The translations under genes were made by a program, and so were the position numbers. A stretch of DNA of 64,000 nucleotides from a virus: positions 32,001 to 96,000 of IMG/VR virus record IMGVR_UViG_3300046782_000129. One strand, given 5' to 3'. Below the pieces are notes generated by a model. It was not told the DNA's origin and did no database searches. It saw only the letters and a program-made list of their open reading frames with translations. This document shows, piece after piece, positions 19,616 to 30,234 of the stretch (position 1 is its first letter; every line of letters starts with the position of its first letter).

Positions 19616-20236
19616 ATGGCGGGCAGACCACCGTTCGAACGACTGAGGGCGTTGGGCGAAGCACGGTTCCAGAAGATTCTGAATCATCTGATGCAAGGGA
19701 AGCCAGCGATGACGCTGGCCCGAGAGATTCAGCAACCTTTGCCCGTGGGTTGGGGTGAGTTCCAAGACGTCGCAGAGAAGACCCTCACTCAGCAACTGAA
19801 CCGTCTCCGTATGGAGGCGGCAGAGGGAGCCTTTGGTCCAGAGATGGCCAAGCAGATCGTGGCCGTCGCTGCCCAACCGAGTAAAGTGCTCGGACATATC
19901 TCCGTCAGTGTCCTCCAGCGCATGGAGGCGTTGTCCGACATCCAGCAGCAACGAGTCCTCACCCTTGTAGAGAAGGAGCAGGTAGGGAAGTTCGTCCACC
20001 CGGCCACCAACGAAGTCATCCTGACCTATCGGCAACTTCTGCTCGATTTACAGAAGATTCGCTTTGATTTGGGACTCGATGACTTCAAGGGACCGGTGAC
20101 TTCTACCGCGATGCGCGGGGCGACCCAGCAGGTCTCCCTTCCTGACGGAACAAATATTCAGCGGCAGGTCTTCGAAGCGGTCAGTACGGTCGAGCAAATC
20201 TTTGACGCCCGGAAGATTCCTCTGCCGGGGCGATGA
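19616..20236 (+). CDS. Putative terminase small subunit
   Basis: Helical protein upstream of TerL; positional inference. Confidence 0.4.
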   Translation: MAGRPPFERLRALGEARFQKILNHLMQGKPAMTLAREIQQPLPVGWGEFQDVAEKTLTQQLNRLRMEAAEGAFGPEMAKQIVAVAAQPSKVLGHISVSVLQRMEALSDIQQQRVLTLVEKEQVGKFVHPATNEVILTYRQLLLDLQKIRFDLGLDDFKGPVTSTAMRGATQQVSLPDGTNIQRQVFEAVSTVEQIFDARKIPLPGR

Positions 20237-20292
20237 TGCTTGCTTGTGCTTGCTTGGAAAATGCTTGCTTGTGCTTGCTTGTGCTTGCTTGG
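20236..20292 (-). repeat. Iteron-like cluster: (CAAGCAAGCA)x3 - 5 bp - (CAAGCAAGCA)x2 on the minus strand
   Basis: Read directly; inverted counterpart at 61884-61950. Confidence 0.9.
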
Positions 20293-20294
20293 AC

Positions 20295-20519
20295 ATGTTG
20301 ATTTTCAAGGAAGAGAAAAAACTACCGAAAGTATTGGAAATTGTGCTGGTTTGCCCGGAGTGCTTGCACGTGTGGCATGCCGCGTCCATCGTGCTCGGTA
20401 CGTGGTGGGCGGGACCACCGGAAGCGACCGCCAAACAGTGTTACTGTCCGAAGTGCGAGACGCCGCCACCGATGCGTATCCACAAGATTCGTCATGTTGA
20501 CTTTCAAACGGGGAGATAA
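20295..20519 (+). CDS. Small zinc-ribbon protein
   Basis: CPEC ... CPKC. Confidence 0.45.
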   Translation: MLIFKEEKKLPKVLEIVLVCPECLHVWHAASIVLGTWWAGPPEATAKQCYCPKCETPPPMRIHKIRHVDFQTGR

Positions 20520-22500
20520 CGGCAAGAGTCTGGTCGCCCACAAGACCAGCCAAGAACATCTGGATGTGGTGAACGAGCGTGCCCACCTGTACCTCCGCCA
20601 GTACCTTGGCCACCATCACGCCGAGAAGATTTGGTTCGCGGGCCAGAAGATCCTTGACCTCAACGAGCGGGCCATGTTCTACGCTCAGATGGTCGTCCAC
20701 GTCGAAGAAGAACTCCGGGGCCAGTCCTCCACGGTTATCCAAGACTTCGCCCAGTATAAGTGGAAGCCGGTGGGCATCAAGGAGTTCATCTGCTCCACGC
20801 ATTACCTGAATAAGCAGGCGGAGATTTATCCCGGTGTGCTGGAAGCTGCCGAGGAGTTGAACAACGGCACGTACGTGGAAGCCGTCATGACCGGAGGTAT
20901 CGGGTCAGGCAAGACCACGCTGGCTCTGTACACGAACGCCTATCAGTTGTATCTGCTGTCCTGCATGAGAAGTCCGCACAAGCAGTTCGGGCTGGACCCG
21001 TCATCTGAAATCATGTTGATTTTTCAGTCGATGACCATGCAGTTGGCCAGAGGCGTGGACTATCAACGGTTCCGGAACATGATCGAGGGCAGTCCCTACT
21101 TCCTGAAGCACTACCCCTTCCAGCGAGACTTGCAGAGCCGGTTGGTGTTCCCGAACCGCGTGGAGGTCGTGCCGGTCTCAGGCTCAGAGACTGCCGCCAT
21201 CGGCCAGAACGTCATGGGCGGATTGATTGACGAGTTGAACTACATGGCCGTGGTTGAGAAGTCGCGGGTGGCCGTGGACCGAGGCACTTACGACCAAGCC
21301 ATTCTCCTCTACAACAGCATCGCCAGACGCCGGAAGAGCCGTTTCATGGAGAACGGCAAGCTCCCCGGCATTCTCTGTCTGGTGTCCAGTAAGAAGTACC
21401 CCGGCCAGTTCACGGACCAGAAGGTGGCCGAGGCAGAGCGGGACCCCAGCATCTTCGTCTACGACCGCCGCGTCTGGGACATCAAGCCGGATGACTTCGG
21501 GAATCAAGGATGGTTCTCGGTCTTCGCAGGCGACCTGACGCGCAAGCCACGCATCATGGACGAAGACGATGAGGTGGCCGACGAGGATCGTCCGTTGGTG
21601 GTGGCCGTCCCCGAAGAGTTCAGAACCGAGTTCGAAAAGGATGTCATCAATGCGCTGAGAGAAATTGCAGGCGTGAGCACACTGGCCCGCCACCCCTTCT
21701 TCTTGGAGGTGGACAAGGTGCATCACTCCTTCATGGAACGAGAGTCGATCTTCAGCCAGCCTGTGGTGGACTTCGTGAACCAGCGGCTGACGCTCTTGAA
21801 ACGCAACTTCTGGAACCCCGAGGTGCCGAGGTTCGCGCATTGTGACTTAGCCCTCTCCGGAGATAGTGCAGGCTTAGCCATCGGCACGGTTACGAACTTC
21901 AAGAACGTGTCCAGCGACCAAGGCCAGCCCGCCTACATGCCGAACATCTGGATCGATGGGGTGTTGGAGGTCCGTCCCCCGAAGAACTGTGAAATCCTTC
22001 TGAGCAAGATCCGAGAGGTCATCATCGTCCTGAAGAAGATGGGCCTGAACATCATCTGGGTGACGTTCGATCAATTTCAGTCGAGCGACAGTCAACAGAT
22101 TCTCAGGCAGCAGGGATTGATCACGGGCCACCAGTCGATGGATGAAGTGCCGTGCAGGCCCTATGATTTCTTGAAGACTGCCGTGTATGAAGGCCGGTTG
22201 AACGCCCCGATCATGCCGAAGCTTCAGCGAGAGATGCTGATGTTGGAGAAGGATACGAAGCACGGGCGAGTGGACCACCCACCGGGCGGGAGCAAGGACT
22301 GCGCGGATGCGTTGGCGGGTGTGGCCTTCGGCCTGACTATGCGACGGGAACTGTGGGGCCTGTATCGGATCCCGACCCTCATGATCCCCCAGAGCGTCTA
22401 CGCCAGCGTGGATAAGCTCAAGCCGAAGGAAGACCAGCCAGACTACCAGCCCGAGTTGAGTCTGGTGGCGACGGAGCGAGGTCTTACGACCCCGATGTAA
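20494..22500 (+). CDS. terL: Terminase large subunit
   Basis: Walker A GGIGSGKT, Walker B LIDE, nuclease HCDLALSGD, TFD, KDCADA. Confidence 0.9.
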   Translation: MLTFKRGDNGKSLVAHKTSQEHLDVVNERAHLYLRQYLGHHHAEKIWFAGQKILDLNERAMFYAQMVVHVEEELRGQSSTVIQDFAQYKWKPVGIKEFICSTHYLNKQAEIYPGVLEAAEELNNGTYVEAVMTGGIGSGKTTLALYTNAYQLYLLSCMRSPHKQFGLDPSSEIMLIFQSMTMQLARGVDYQRFRNMIEGSPYFLKHYPFQRDLQSRLVFPNRVEVVPVSGSETAAIGQNVMGGLIDELNYMAVVEKSRVAVDRGTYDQAILLYNSIARRRKSRFMENGKLPGILCLVSSKKYPGQFTDQKVAEAERDPSIFVYDRRVWDIKPDDFGNQGWFSVFAGDLTRKPRIMDEDDEVADEDRPLVVAVPEEFRTEFEKDVINALREIAGVSTLARHPFFLEVDKVHHSFMERESIFSQPVVDFVNQRLTLLKRNFWNPEVPRFAHCDLALSGDSAGLAIGTVTNFKNVSSDQGQPAYMPNIWIDGVLEVRPPKNCEILLSKIREVIIVLKKMGLNIIWVTFDQFQSSDSQQILRQQGLITGHQSMDEVPCRPYDFLKTAVYEGRLNAPIMPKLQREMLMLEKDTKHGRVDHPPGGSKDCADALAGVAFGLTMRRELWGLYRIPTLMIPQSVYASVDKLKPKEDQPDYQPELSLVATERGLTTPM

Positions 22501-22798
22501 GGCACCCCTCCTTGAGTGCCGTGCCGTACATCTCTTCGAACCCCTCCGGGGCTTCCGTGCAGACCACGGCCAGCTTGTTGCAGGTCACGCAGAACGAGTT
22601 CCACCGGCCAGCCGGGTCATTGGACCGACGCACCCACGAGCGCATGTCGTGGCCCAGCTTGCGGGCGGCAGCAGCAGCGGCCTTCTTGCGGGCCGACAGA
22701 TCCCCGAAGTGATCGATGGCGTTGTAACGCTGGACGATGATGCGACGTTTCCTTGGTGCCAGATTTGAAGAACGACGACGAGCAAACTTCAAAGCCAT
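22484..22798 (-). CDS. Small basic putative Zn-binding protein (only clear minus-strand gene)
   Basis: AAGGAG RBS on minus strand; GH...W...CxxC...G.A....C; resembles 62069-62380. Confidence 0.6.
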   Translation of the reverse strand: MALKFARRRSSNLAPRKRRIIVQRYNAIDHFGDLSARKKAAAAAARKLGHDMRSWVRRSNDPAGRWNSFCVTCNKLAVVCTEAPEGFEEMYGTALKEGCLTSGS

Positions 22799-22950
22799 GT
22801 TTTCTCCTTGGTTTGATTGCTCACTCCTTGAGCGTACACATGGATCATATCATAGGCCCCTCAGGTTTGTCAAGTTTGACAAATCCCAAAGCTGTGTGAT
22901 ATGATCAGTAGAGTCGGAAACTCATGGAGGAGTTTCTGGAGGGAGAGACA

Positions 22951-23199
22951 ATGGCAAAGAAGAAGACGACAGCGGTACCCACCCCGGTGAAGTACGACAG
23001 CCGGATCTGTTTCGGGATTGCCTACTTCACGACGGAGGAAGACGCCATGGCATTCGACCGTCATGTGCGGGCACTAGGCATCACGTACAACGGCGGCTAC
23101 TTTCACGGGATGGCCTGTGGCCGGGACAAGACGTGGGACCACGTGGACCAGTCAGGCGGCTATCTCCATGGCAAGAAGCTCTACGCGGTGACCCAGTAA
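22951..23199 (+). CDS. Hypothetical protein
   Basis: Promoter at 22876, GGAG RBS. Confidence 0.6.
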   Translation: MAKKKTTAVPTPVKYDSRICFGIAYFTTEEDAMAFDRHVRALGITYNGGYFHGMACGRDKTWDHVDQSGGYLHGKKLYAVTQ

Positions 23200-23507
23200 T
23201 GGCGCGGCTCACCAAAGAACGTTACGAGGTCGAGTGGTGGGTGTTGACCGATGCCGCCAAAGCTCGGAAGGCCCGTGAGCAGACTGAAGCGGGTTACATC
23301 TACGAGCACGACCGAGACCAAGACGAGCAGTCGATGTTCGAAGTCTTCCTCAAGGAGAAGGACGCTCTTGCCTTCGCCCGGAAGGTGGTGGACGAATATC
23401 AGACGGTCTACGGCCATGCGACGGTGACGAAGCAGCGACTGGAGAACGTGGAGGGCACACGGATGTGGGAGTGGGAAGACATCGGTGAACCCACCTACGT
23501 CGAGTAA
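23199..23507 (+). CDS. Hypothetical protein
   Basis: TAATG translational coupling. Confidence 0.55.
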   Translation: MARLTKERYEVEWWVLTDAAKARKAREQTEAGYIYEHDRDQDEQSMFEVFLKEKDALAFARKVVDEYQTVYGHATVTKQRLENVEGTRMWEWEDIGEPTYVE

Positions 23508-23513
23508 ATCTGC

Positions 23514-23558
23514 TGCAATCGGTTGCATTTGACAAACCATTGGGGGGCGTGGTAGTAT
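23514..23558 (+). promoter_or_regulatory. 14-bp operator-like palindrome abutting a sigma70 promoter
   Basis: TGCAATCGGTTGCA-T-TTGACA-N18-TAGTAT. Confidence 0.7.
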
Positions 23559-23619
23559 CCACGTCCCCCCTCTTTCTAGGGGAGGGGGTTCGTTCCCTAA
23601 GACAGAGGAGCAAGCACAC

Positions 23620-24423
23620 ATGAAGAAGACTCTCCAGTTCGTTCTTGCAGTGGCTATGGTAGGGATCTTCGCAGCGTCGGCATCGGCGGCGTCCATCACG
23701 TTCGTGGGTTCATCGGGCACCTTGGCAGCAGCCACACGTATCACCGATCTTGGTGGTGGCCTGCTGCGGATCGAGTTGGGCAACTTCGGGAGCGCAGCGG
23801 TGATCCCGGTGGATGTGCTGACCGGCGTGTTTTTCGACGGGAACAACGCGGTGTTGTCCAGCTTGGGCAACGTCTCAGCGATCACGTCGGCCACGACGAC
23901 CATCACGAATCCGAATAGTTGTGGCGCAGGCGCGGCAGCGTGCCCGAGTGGAGCCAACCTGAATGTCGGTGGCGAGTTCGCATCGGCGGCGAATCCGCTG
24001 GGCGTCTACGACTTCGGCATCAGTAGCTCGGGACTCGGCATTTTCGGGAACGCCAATTTCCTTGGCCCCGATTTGTCCGACCCGGTTGCTGTCAACGGCC
24101 TGAACTTCGGCATGGTCAGCATCCCGAACGGCATTTCGGGTGGGGCCAATCCGGCAGTCTTGGCTGCTCCGCTGCTCCGTGGCGTCGTGACGTTCACGTT
24201 GCAGGGGCAAGTCGGGTTCAATCCGGCGACGGGGATCACCGGCGTTCGCTTCCAGTATGGGACGGCCCTGACGGATGCGAACTTCATCGGTACTCCGCTG
24301 CCTCCGGGTGTTCCAACGCCGTTCGACGTTGGTCCGACAGCGGTGCCGGAACCGGCATCGATGATGCTTCTCGGTAGCGGGCTACTCGCTGGTGCCCGTT
24401 ACGCCCGTCGTCGCAAGAAGTAA
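23620..24423 (+). CDS. PEP-CTERM surface protein
   Basis: Signal peptide; VPEPASMMLLGSGL + RRRKK; VRFQYGT. Confidence 0.92.
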   Translation: MKKTLQFVLAVAMVGIFAASASAASITFVGSSGTLAAATRITDLGGGLLRIELGNFGSAAVIPVDVLTGVFFDGNNAVLSSLGNVSAITSATTTITNPNSCGAGAAACPSGANLNVGGEFASAANPLGVYDFGISSSGLGIFGNANFLGPDLSDPVAVNGLNFGMVSIPNGISGGANPAVLAAPLLRGVVTFTLQGQVGFNPATGITGVRFQYGTALTDANFIGTPLPPGVPTPFDVGPTAVPEPASMMLLGSGLLAGARYARRRKK

Positions 24424-24529
24424 GTTCTCCCTGCTCGGAAGCGTACTGCCATTCGCTTAGCCCGTTGTTACGGCCCCGGCACAACGCCGAGAAAGTCCGG
24501 GGCAATTTTCCTTCCAGACTGGGCGACCT

Positions 24530-25639
24530 ATGACACGGTACACGCCTGACCAGTTAGCGCAACGAGCGAAGATCGAACCACGTGCCGCCGGGTATCGTTA
24601 CGGCTGTTGCTGGAACGATGCAGAAACGCTGTTCACGTGTGTGACCGGAGCCACCACTGAGGTCAAGGCCACGGATGGTCGCACGTGGACCGGAGTGCTG
24701 CCGCATGCGGCCATCTTCCAGAGCGGAGCATCGTCACACGGTACGTGGGCGGTGGCCTACGGTAGTTGGGACGATGACCAGTTATACGTGTTCGGCCCGG
24801 ACAGTTTTGTGCAGGGCCAGATTCGTGTGGCGGCTCTCGGTCCCAAGTGGGGCAACAACACCACGTTCATCGAAGCCGCCGAGTGGGGCTTCACCGTCTA
24901 CTGGATCAATGCCAGTGACATTTGGAAGTACACGAAGACGCGCCTGTCGTTGGCCCTTGGCGTGATTGGCACCGAGATGATCCCGGTGCCGGTGGAACTT
25001 GCGCCACCCGCAAGCGGATGGGCCGATGTCGTGAGCCACGAGCCGTTGTGGTTGGCCGGTCCCGTGGTCAATGGCACCGGCAGCTACGGCAACATGGCGA
25101 CGACCGCCCCTGATGGCACGACGCATCTGTTTCGTCCGATGACCCGTGGACGTTTCACGTCGGGGCAAGCGGACAACACGGTGAGCGGTCTACCGGGAAC
25201 GATCATCCTCGATGTGCCCACGGGAAAGATTTTGCGTGCGACCAACGTGGACTCGCAGATTGGACCCGTCCTCGCATGTACGCCGAGTGGCCGTGGAGTC
25301 ACGGTGTCCCCCGGTCCAGAAGGTCCGTATCAGATTCAGTTCTCGGAGCAGTGGACGCTGGAACCAGTACACTCCGTTATTACGCCGCCTACGCCGCCTG
25401 ATCCAGTCAAACCGCCCAACCCTGTGGAGCCGCCCATGAACAAACCCGGTGTCAACATCACGTCCTACGACAAGACGCTCACGCCAACAACGAACTGGCG
25501 TGTCGTAGTTGAAGACCGCAACAATCCGGGCGTTAAGTGTGTCGTGGAACTGCTGCACGGGGATCTGCATGTGACGTTGGACAACCCTGCGGGAAGTGAT
25601 CGGAGCGGACTGGCACGACCCATCGTCATTCAAAGTTAA
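24530..25639 (+). CDS. Hypothetical beta-rich protein with Pro-rich linker
   Basis: Long ORF; PPTPPDPVKPP linker. Confidence 0.65.
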   Translation: MTRYTPDQLAQRAKIEPRAAGYRYGCCWNDAETLFTCVTGATTEVKATDGRTWTGVLPHAAIFQSGASSHGTWAVAYGSWDDDQLYVFGPDSFVQGQIRVAALGPKWGNNTTFIEAAEWGFTVYWINASDIWKYTKTRLSLALGVIGTEMIPVPVELAPPASGWADVVSHEPLWLAGPVVNGTGSYGNMATTAPDGTTHLFRPMTRGRFTSGQADNTVSGLPGTIILDVPTGKILRATNVDSQIGPVLACTPSGRGVTVSPGPEGPYQIQFSEQWTLEPVHSVITPPTPPDPVKPPNPVEPPMNKPGVNITSYDKTLTPTTNWRVVVEDRNNPGVKCVVELLHGDLHVTLDNPAGSDRSGLARPIVIQS

Positions 25640-25649
25640 GGAGCCTCAC

Positions 25650-26096
25650 ATGAAGAAGGACAATCCCGCGTCAGATGTTCCACCACCGGATGACCCGATG
25701 CACTTTCCGGCGAAGAAACCGCAGGCGAAGAAAGAAACACGCACCGTGACGGCGCAAGCTGGTCCGATGGCCGCGAGAGCCGTGTTCAACGCTAGCCAGT
25801 TGGTGGACCTGCACGATGGGTCGTTTGCGGTGCATGTTGAAAATCCGCTCCGCTACAGTTACGACCAAGGTCCGGATGCTGGCACGACGCTCTCTGGACA
25901 AGGCGAATCACCACAGGGCACGGTGTTCTTGTCGATCAATCCGCTCGGAGGGTGGGAGTGCCGTCCGAATGATCCCGCCGTGATCGGCGCGTGGGAACGT
26001 TTTTACAAGCAGGACGGGTTGATCATCGTGAAGCCGTCCGACTTCGATGCCAACCAGCCGCACGTGGCGTACGCCTTCATCTGCTCGGAGAAGTAG
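25650..26096 (+). CDS. Hypothetical protein with fascin-like segment
   Basis: FLSINP...R...IGAWERF; AAGGAG RBS. Confidence 0.55.
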   Translation: MKKDNPASDVPPPDDPMHFPAKKPQAKKETRTVTAQAGPMAARAVFNASQLVDLHDGSFAVHVENPLRYSYDQGPDAGTTLSGQGESPQGTVFLSINPLGGWECRPNDPAVIGAWERFYKQDGLIIVKPSDFDANQPHVAYAFICSEK

Positions 26097-26099
26097 GTT

Positions 26100-27185
26100 A
26101 TGAACACACGCATGGTTGCGGCGATGCGCCGTGCTATGGAACCGGGTCCCGGTCCGGGGCCGGGTCCGGGACCCCTGCCTCCGGTGATTCCTCCCACCGA
26201 TCAGTCGATGATACGAGCGAACTTCTGTGGTCATCGGGACCACGTGGGACGCATCGTCTTTGACCCGGCGTACTTCTGCGCGAATGAAGTGACGCCAGAG
26301 GATCGCAAGCAGACCTACGCCATCAAGAAGCGGATGGGTCTGAACGCCATCGTGCTCCAGACTCCTGATGGACACGTGTATCCGGGGTACAAGGGCTTCT
26401 CGATCCCTGACTGGCGTCAGCGCATGGACCTGATGAAGGCGTTGGTCGATGAGGTGATCGCCCATGGGTTCCTGCCGTTGGTGTTCCTGACGACCGGCAA
26501 CAACGTGGACGACCTTGGCCTGTACGATGGAGAGCTACGCCGAAAGACCAGAGTCTTCGCAGGCTACGGCAAGGCCGCATGGTTCTCAGGTGGCTGGGAG
26601 ATGACCGGGAGTCAAAACCCGACCATCAGCACGAAGCAGGTCAACGAAATGCTCAAGATCATGCACGAGGAGTTGGGTGACGGTGCCCTGCTGTTTGTGC
26701 ATGGAGCGGACTGGGAGCGGTGTACTGCTGCGAGTTATCGAGGCAGTAATCCGGACATCCAACCCCCCGGTTGTATTTGGGTGAACGATACGTGGGTGGA
26801 AGCCGATGATCCCTCGCAGGGTGGAGAAATCGACTGGTGGTACACGCCAGAAGCTCTGTGGTGCAAGGCGTGGTTCTGGCAGTCACGACACGGTGGAGCC
26901 GGTCCCAGTTACAACGATGACACTGAGTTGAAAGCGTGGCGGGGTCGTGCAATTGAGTGCCAAATCCGGTTCTTGGAGCCGGGAATGCGTCCACCACCGA
27001 TGGTGGCGTACGAACACGGTGCTCCAGATTGGATGGGGTCACGACACGGCAATCGCCCGATCTTCGTGGTGTTTGAACTCTCTCCATACGAATACATCCG
27101 AGAGTGGTGTGATGAAGCTCGGGTGCAATACGTGGCCAAGCTCCTGCACGATGACGGGTTCTTGCATCTGGGTAGCGGCACATGA
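26100..27185 (+). CDS. Putative glycoside-hydrolase-like TIM-barrel protein
   Basis: MGLNAIVL, GFLPLVFL, GGWE, VVFE pattern reminiscent of clan GH-A. Confidence 0.45.
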   Translation: MNTRMVAAMRRAMEPGPGPGPGPGPLPPVIPPTDQSMIRANFCGHRDHVGRIVFDPAYFCANEVTPEDRKQTYAIKKRMGLNAIVLQTPDGHVYPGYKGFSIPDWRQRMDLMKALVDEVIAHGFLPLVFLTTGNNVDDLGLYDGELRRKTRVFAGYGKAAWFSGGWEMTGSQNPTISTKQVNEMLKIMHEELGDGALLFVHGADWERCTAASYRGSNPDIQPPGCIWVNDTWVEADDPSQGGEIDWWYTPEALWCKAWFWQSRHGGAGPSYNDDTELKAWRGRAIECQIRFLEPGMRPPPMVAYEHGAPDWMGSRHGNRPIFVVFELSPYEYIREWCDEARVQYVAKLLHDDGFLHLGSGT

Positions 27186-27277
27186 CTGCTGCTGATGTGC
27201 TGATCCCAATTGCGGTTGCGCTGGTGGCGGCGTTAGTCGGTGGTGCTATTGGTTGGTGGTTTGGTCGGAGACGTTGA
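27182..27277 (+). CDS. Tiny single-TM protein (31 aa)
   Basis: ATGA overlap; hydrophobic helix followed by RRR. Confidence 0.4.
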   Translation: MTAADVLIPIAVALVAALVGGAIGWWFGRRR

Positions 27278-27416
27278 TAATGAAGCGCGACACGTTCTGG
27301 GCGACCGTGCTGTGGCCGTTCAACGTGTTGCGCGTCATTTGGAAGGCTCTAACTACTAGAAGGGACAAGACTTAGAGTCCTTGACAAATTAAAGCTGGGT
27401 GTGAGACACTAGGGTC

Positions 27417-27665
27417 ATGGATCGCACACTGACAGGCGAAGTGCTCTACAAAGAAGGCCAGTTTTTCGTGGTCAAGACGGATGGCCCGTCCCACCTGACC
27501 ACGATGCACATGACCCCCCGAGAGATGAAGGACGGCGACGTCGGAGACGTGGTGGAGTTGAAGTATTTCTCCACAAACACCTACGGGTTCTGGTACGTCA
27601 GCCGGGTGGTCGATAAGGGGCCGGTTAGCGATGAAGAACAGCTTCTGAGTAGGTATCTGCCCTGA
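27417..27665 (+). CDS. Hypothetical protein
   Basis: Own promoter at 27381. Confidence 0.55.
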   Translation: MDRTLTGEVLYKEGQFFVVKTDGPSHLTTMHMTPREMKDGDVGDVVELKYFSTNTYGFWYVSRVVDKGPVSDEEQLLSRYLP

Positions 27666-27725
27666 TTTGACAAACTGCTAGGACCTGTGCGACAATGGGT
27701 TCCTGCTCATGGAGGAGCGAAATTT

Positions 27726-27992
27726 ATGGCCCTGAACCGATACGACGCTGACAAGATGACCCTCCCCCTCTGCGACGACTTTGAAGACACGCCGATCTTC
27801 GTCTCGTGCGAGAAGTGCGAGAAGCCGGTGGAGTCAGAGACGGTGGAAACGGTGGAGCTTCTGACGGAGCGCAACCCCGACGTCTACGAGGATCAGGTGT
27901 GGTGCATGACGTGCCGGGAGCGGGCGGAGTATCTGAGCGATCCGTTCAACGAAGCGTACGAGCGGGCACGGGCGAGAGGCTGGGAAGACTGA
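27726..27992 (+). CDS. Small Zn-finger protein
   Basis: CEKC...CMTC; promoter at 27667, GGAGG RBS. Confidence 0.55.
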   Translation: MALNRYDADKMTLPLCDDFEDTPIFVSCEKCEKPVESETVETVELLTERNPDVYEDQVWCMTCRERAEYLSDPFNEAYERARARGWED

Positions 27993-29157
27993 TGGGATGG
28001 ACAGCGATTGATCGGTATGGCCAGACGTGGTGTCTGGTCCGAGTGCAGCGACAGGACGGCACGGAGTTCGCGGACATCGTGCCCGGACCCGATGACGACC
28101 TTGCTATCATGGGAGTGTTTGCATGGGCGTTGTTCCCCCTCGCCAAGGAAATTCTGTACAAGGGTCAGCCACTGGTGAACCCGGTGAAGCATCAGGACGA
28201 CGTGTCAAGCGGTGTCTGATTTGTGGGAAGACATTGGAGCAGCACGACCGGGTGGATCTGCGGATCTGCCAGCGGAAAGCCGATGCCCTGAAGAACAAGG
28301 GAATGAAACGGGTGCGGCCAGAATCCGTGGAACGTCTCCTGATGGTGGAGCGTGAGGCCGAGGAGCGGGGATTTCAGCGGGGTCGGGAGGCCAGTCGAGC
28401 CATGGTGTTGAAGTGGGGCATCAAGCATGACTCGTTTCCCCATCCTAACGAGCGACCGCACTACCGCTGTCAGGAGTGCGCGGTGTCATGGTCAGGAGCG
28501 AGAGATGCCCACCCCCCTAGCGAAGGGTGTGCGGTGCAGCAGGCTCTTGCTAAGGTGGATGTCAGGTCATGAGGCAACGAGAGTGGATGACGTTGATTCT
28601 TCTCGTGGTGGTGCTTACATGGTTTATTGCGAAAGCCATCGCATGGTGGTGGGGGTATCGATGAAGTATCTGGATCGGTTGGAAAAAGACAATGCGTATC
28701 GGGTGGCCGTGGAATTCGGCCAGCAGCAAGGTCAAGAAGACCCGGCGTCAGATGCCGTGGCTTTCTGGTCGGCATGGAGAGCGGCAAGGAACGCAGCAGC
28801 CGCCCTGTTGAACAAGGCGGAGGAACTGAACCTGACGCCTGAGCAGATGGAGGCCCTGACCCGTGTCGCGGAAAAAGTCGCCTACGACTAGGCTGGAGCC
28901 GTGGTGGTTGATCTGGCCCCCGATGATCTTGCTGGCGGGGGTGGTGCTCGGCGTGTTCTGGGGCGTGGTCGAAGACCTACCGTGGTTGTGGAGGCACTGA
29001 TGGCGAAGAAGCGGATTCATCCGATCACGGAGATGAACAACGAGTTCAGCAAGGCTATTTTTCTGGCCCCGTTCGGGTGCCTGTTCATTGGCCTGTTCTG
29101 GGGGCTGGTCTTCACGGTGCTGGGCTGGCTGGGGCTGATAACCGTCCACCACTGAGT

Positions 29158-29201
29158 GGCAATCAAGTGCATTTGACAAACTAATCCTCCTGTGTCATAC
29201 T
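29158..29201 (+). promoter_or_regulatory. 14-bp motif plus sigma70 promoter
   Basis: GGCAATCAAGTGCA-T-TTGACA-N17-CATACT. Confidence 0.7.
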
Positions 29202-29210
29202 GGTCTGGTC

Positions 29211-29546
29211 ATGGAGGATACATTGACTGTCAAACACGCCACTCCCGAGTTCAACGCCGCCCTCGATGCCTTCGTCGCGGCCACGCAAGCCAAAATCAAC
29301 GCGGACTTCGCCCACAATTACTCGCGGGTGACGCCCCCGGTCCTGACGGTGGAAGCCGGTCAGAAGAACGCCAAGATCGTCAAGACGGACAGCCAGCGGT
29401 CGGTGTTCTGCTTCGTCCGGATCGCGGACGGAGCCATCCTCAAGGCGGCAAGCTGGAAGGCTCCTGCCAAGCACGCCCGAGGGTCCATCTTCGTGAACGC
29501 CGGTCAAGACGCGGTGACCACCTTCGGCGCGAACTACCTGCGCTGA
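29211..29546 (+). CDS. Conserved phage early protein
   Basis: GxILKAASWKAPAKHARGSI motif widespread in phages. Confidence 0.7.
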   Translation: MEDTLTVKHATPEFNAALDAFVAATQAKINADFAHNYSRVTPPVLTVEAGQKNAKIVKTDSQRSVFCFVRIADGAILKAASWKAPAKHARGSIFVNAGQDAVTTFGANYLR

Positions 29547-30234
29547 GCCTCAAAAAGGGCCAAATTCCCTAGCAAAAACAGGGGAATTTGGTCCTTGACA
29601 AACTGGGCTAGTGGTGTCATACTGGGTGGGTAAGGTCATGGAGGATTCGATGGTAGCAACAATTCGCCCGGTCCACTTCGTCCCCGATGTTCGTCGGCCC
29701 TTCAAGACGGCGTGCCAAGCTGGGCGGCACACAAAGCGGTGGAGGTCGGTGGATACGACCACGGTGAAGGCCGCAGTGACGTGCAAAAAGTGCAGGAGGG
29801 TGGCATGAAGGACATGGTACAGCATCACACTGACATCAAGAAGCAGGGCGTAAAGCCAACTACGTGGGTGGTCGTCTGCTCCTGCGGCTATCAGAGCCGT
29901 CCCTACGAACGCAAGCGGGACGCGGACAACGACGAAGGCGAACACGTTCGCCTGATGACCTACGTGAAGGATTGATCCAAGTGAGAAACTTCACGCACGA
30001 GCGGGACAAACGCTGCACAGAGACCGTGTTCAGACGGGGCCGGGACGGGCAGGGGTTCAAGCGGTGTGCATTCAGCACCCTGATGCACCTGTCCCCCCAG
30101 CGGTGTGGGCGTGTGGCCCCTGAGGGGCGGAGCAAGTGCTGGCAGCACGACCGGGAGCAGTCGAGGCGGCGGCGGCAGGCCCACGTCGAATTCCCTGACT
30201 CTAAACCCTTGAGAAATAAGGGGTTATAGACCAC

